Assembly (NCBI RefSeq): GCF_006345805.1
Contig: NC_043006.1
Location: 72,974,001-73,038,000 of the forward strand
DNA: 64,000 bases
Direction: 5' to 3'
Origin: Octopus sinensis
Taxonomy: Eukaryota
A program made the position numbers and the translations under genes. The notes under the pieces are model-generated. The model worked only from the letters and a program-made list of their open reading frames with translations. It was not told the origin of the DNA and did not search any database. The stretch's first letter is position 1. Every line of letters begins with the position of its first letter. This document shows positions 61,601-64,000 of this stretch, in pieces.

Positions 61601-62954
61601 AACAACATTCTCTTTTGCTGAACCGCTAAGTTACAAGGACACAAACAAACCAACACTGGTTGCAAGTGATGGTAGGGGACAAACACACATACATATACAA
61701 TGGGCTCCTTTCAGTTGTCATCTACCAAATCCACTCACAAGGCTTTGGTTGGTCTGAGGTTATAGTAGAAGACACTTGCCCAAGGTGCCACGCAGTGGGA
61801 CTGAACCCAGAACCACGTGGTTGGGAAGCAAACTTCTTATCACACAACCATGCCTGCACATATAAGGAACCTTAGTTTGTTTTGTTCTTTATTTACTAGA
61901 TAGGTCCATGGGGAAGTGACTATGTCCACAGTTTTTGCAGATCATCTAAGACCAGTGAGATTGATGCCATTAGCATCCTGCATGAACACTTGCAATTCGA
62001 CAACTGCAAGAAAAACAGAGGGGTGATTCTGGGAAGGATAGACTGGATATAGTGGTTAGTATAAAGCCCCGGATACAAAGAGTGTTAGGAAGAGGAGAGA
62101 TGAGTGACATGAGGAGGTATTAGAATAGCAGTCATGAGGAGCAGGGGCCATTATAGTAACAGCAGAAAGAGCAGAGAGAGAGAGAGAGAGTAAACAGCAT
62201 TTGGCCCTTCTCCAAATCCAGTCTAGAATGGATGTGTGTGTGTGTGTATGGCAACAGCACTAGTCAAGATGTGTGAAGGCATATGGCTTAGAGGTTAGGG
62301 TATTTGGGTCATGGTCGTAAGGTTGTGAGTTCAATATTGTGGTAGTGTGCGGTGTCCTTGAGCAAGACACTTTATTTCATGTTGGTCCAATTCACTCAGC
62401 TGGCAAAAATAAGTTGTGCCTGTGTAACTTAAAGGGCCAGCCTTGTCACATTCTGTGTCACACTGAAAGTTCCAGAGAACTACATTAAGGATACGATATA
62501 CATGTCTGTGGAGTGCTCAGCCTTTTGCATGTTAATTTCACAAGCAGGCTGTTCCATTGATTGGATCAACTGGAACCCTCATCATTGTAACCAACAGAGT
62601 ACCAGTATCCCAGGTGTAGGAGCAGAACTCCATTGTGGATCTCACCTGAGCTTGGTAAAAGGAAGGAGTCTGAAGCATTTTCTGGCCCTCAAGAGGAAGG
62701 TCAGTCACTGAGATGCAGTCTTTGCTATGGTTGGAGGTAGAATCTTATCTTTCACTAGTTTCAGTTAGAAGACTGTGGCCATGCTGGAGCACTACTTTGA
62801 AATATATTTTAGTTGAATGAATCGACACCAGAACTTTGTTTTTTTAAAATAAAAGCCTGGTACTTATTCTGTCAGTCTCTTTTGCTGAACAGCTAAGTTA
62901 CAGATGTAAACACACCAACAAATACATGCACACATAGATATGCATACATACATA

Positions 62955-63004
<50 letters not shown>

Positions 63005-63035
63005 ATATATATATACATACATACACACACACACA

Positions 63036-63240
63036 CAGGGTGTCCCAGAAGTCATGCACTATTCTGGTTTTCATTTAAAATAAAGCATTTTATTTTATTA
63101 TATTTTTTTCTTCATGTTTTATTGTAGAGGGTGCTCAATTTGAGCATTTGTTACGATTAATTTCAATAAAGTGTTTTTGAAATCAATAATGGTGTATTCT
63201 TTTAAAAGACCAGGATGGTAGTGACTTCTGGGACACCCTG
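63036..63240. mobile_element. Tc1/mariner-type MITE with perfect 19-bp TIRs
   Basis: CAGGGTGTCCCAGAAGTCA / TGACTTCTGGGACACCCTG-TA. Confidence 0.85.
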
Positions 63241-64000
63241 TATATATGTATGTATATATATACATATATATATATACACACACACATGGGCTTCTTTCAG
63301 TTTCTGCTTACCAAATCCACTCACAAGCCTATCATTTTTAACTTGTTTTAGTCAATGGACTGTGCCCATGCTGGGGTACATTTTTGAAGTGATTTAGTTG
63401 AACACATTGATTCTCAGTTCTTGTGCTTCTTTTAAAATCTGGTGCTTATTCTACCAGACTCTTTTTGTTGAACTGCTAAGTGACAGGGACATAAACAAAA
63501 CAAAACTAATTGTTGAATGGTGGTGGTGGTGATGTTGGGTGGGTAAGAGGCAAACACATACAGATACATGCACAATGCATATATAATGGGCTTTCACGCA
63601 ATTTCCATCTACGAAATCCACTCACAGGGCATCGTTCACCCTGGGGTTACAGTAGAAGACACTTATTCAAGGTGCTGTGCAGTGGGACTGAACCTGAAGC
63701 TACGGGGTTGCCAAGTAAGCTTCTTAATTACACAGCCATACCTGTGCCTATGTTGAAGTACTTTTAACAATTTCAAAATGAATAAAAAGAAAAAAATGGA
63801 ACAGATATAGAATTGTGAAGGCTGGACAGAAATGCGGTGAGCATAATCCAGTGGATGTGCAATGATGGTTTGGTGTGCATGAATGATAGAGCAAAGGGGA
63901 GCTGAGAGGAAAACTGGGCATATCGGAGGAGTCAGCTGTAATATTCTAGATCAGGAGTTCTCAACCATTTTTTTTTACCTTACTCTTTTACTTGTTTCAG

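Noticed and set aside
7720-63767. Most ORFs in the supplied track (YIYI, VCVC, THTH-rich, or recurring RCHAVGLNPEPCG and LDALPNANHS peptides)
   Set aside because: They are translations of microsatellites and of SINE-A, SINE-B and family C repeats; their recurrence tracks the repeats, not genes.

Overview
Eukaryotic, AT-rich, repeat-saturated window. The SINE families and microsatellite density point to a coleoid cephalopod, most likely Octopus (inference). I reconstructed a spliced minus-strand protein-coding gene by hand from four phase-compatible exons (58675-58594, 57000-56913, 51556-51466, 44107-43909). It has further candidate exons and microexons downstream, and I could not identify the product. 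The rest is mostly mobile DNA: a decayed Ty3/Gypsy element (~206-5205), a 5'-truncated RTE-clade LINE (24255-26225) with many copies of its 3' tail, at least four tRNA-derived SINE families, several Tc1/mariner remnants, TA-, TTAA- and hAT-type MITEs, two tandem Helitron-like elements and Penelope-like (PLE) terminal repeats. The main points of interest are: (1) several minimal hammerhead-ribozyme motifs in PLE-type repeats, including two adjacent long palindromes (26780-26992, 27041-27177) and a tRNA-headed element ending in a hammerhead (19526-19796); (2) a 40-bp minisatellite that appears derived from the IGTWNVRT motif of an RTE endonuclease (30070-30800); (3) a strong AG|GTAAG|GTGAGG site that could be a recursive splice site or a 5-nt microexon (35306-35350); (4) a tandem duplication that preserves the empty TTAA site of a MITE; (5) a Tc1 remnant with D36E spacing. 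Most ORFs in the supplied track are microsatellite or SINE artefacts. All coordinates and counts were read by hand, and repeat boundaries may be off by several bases.
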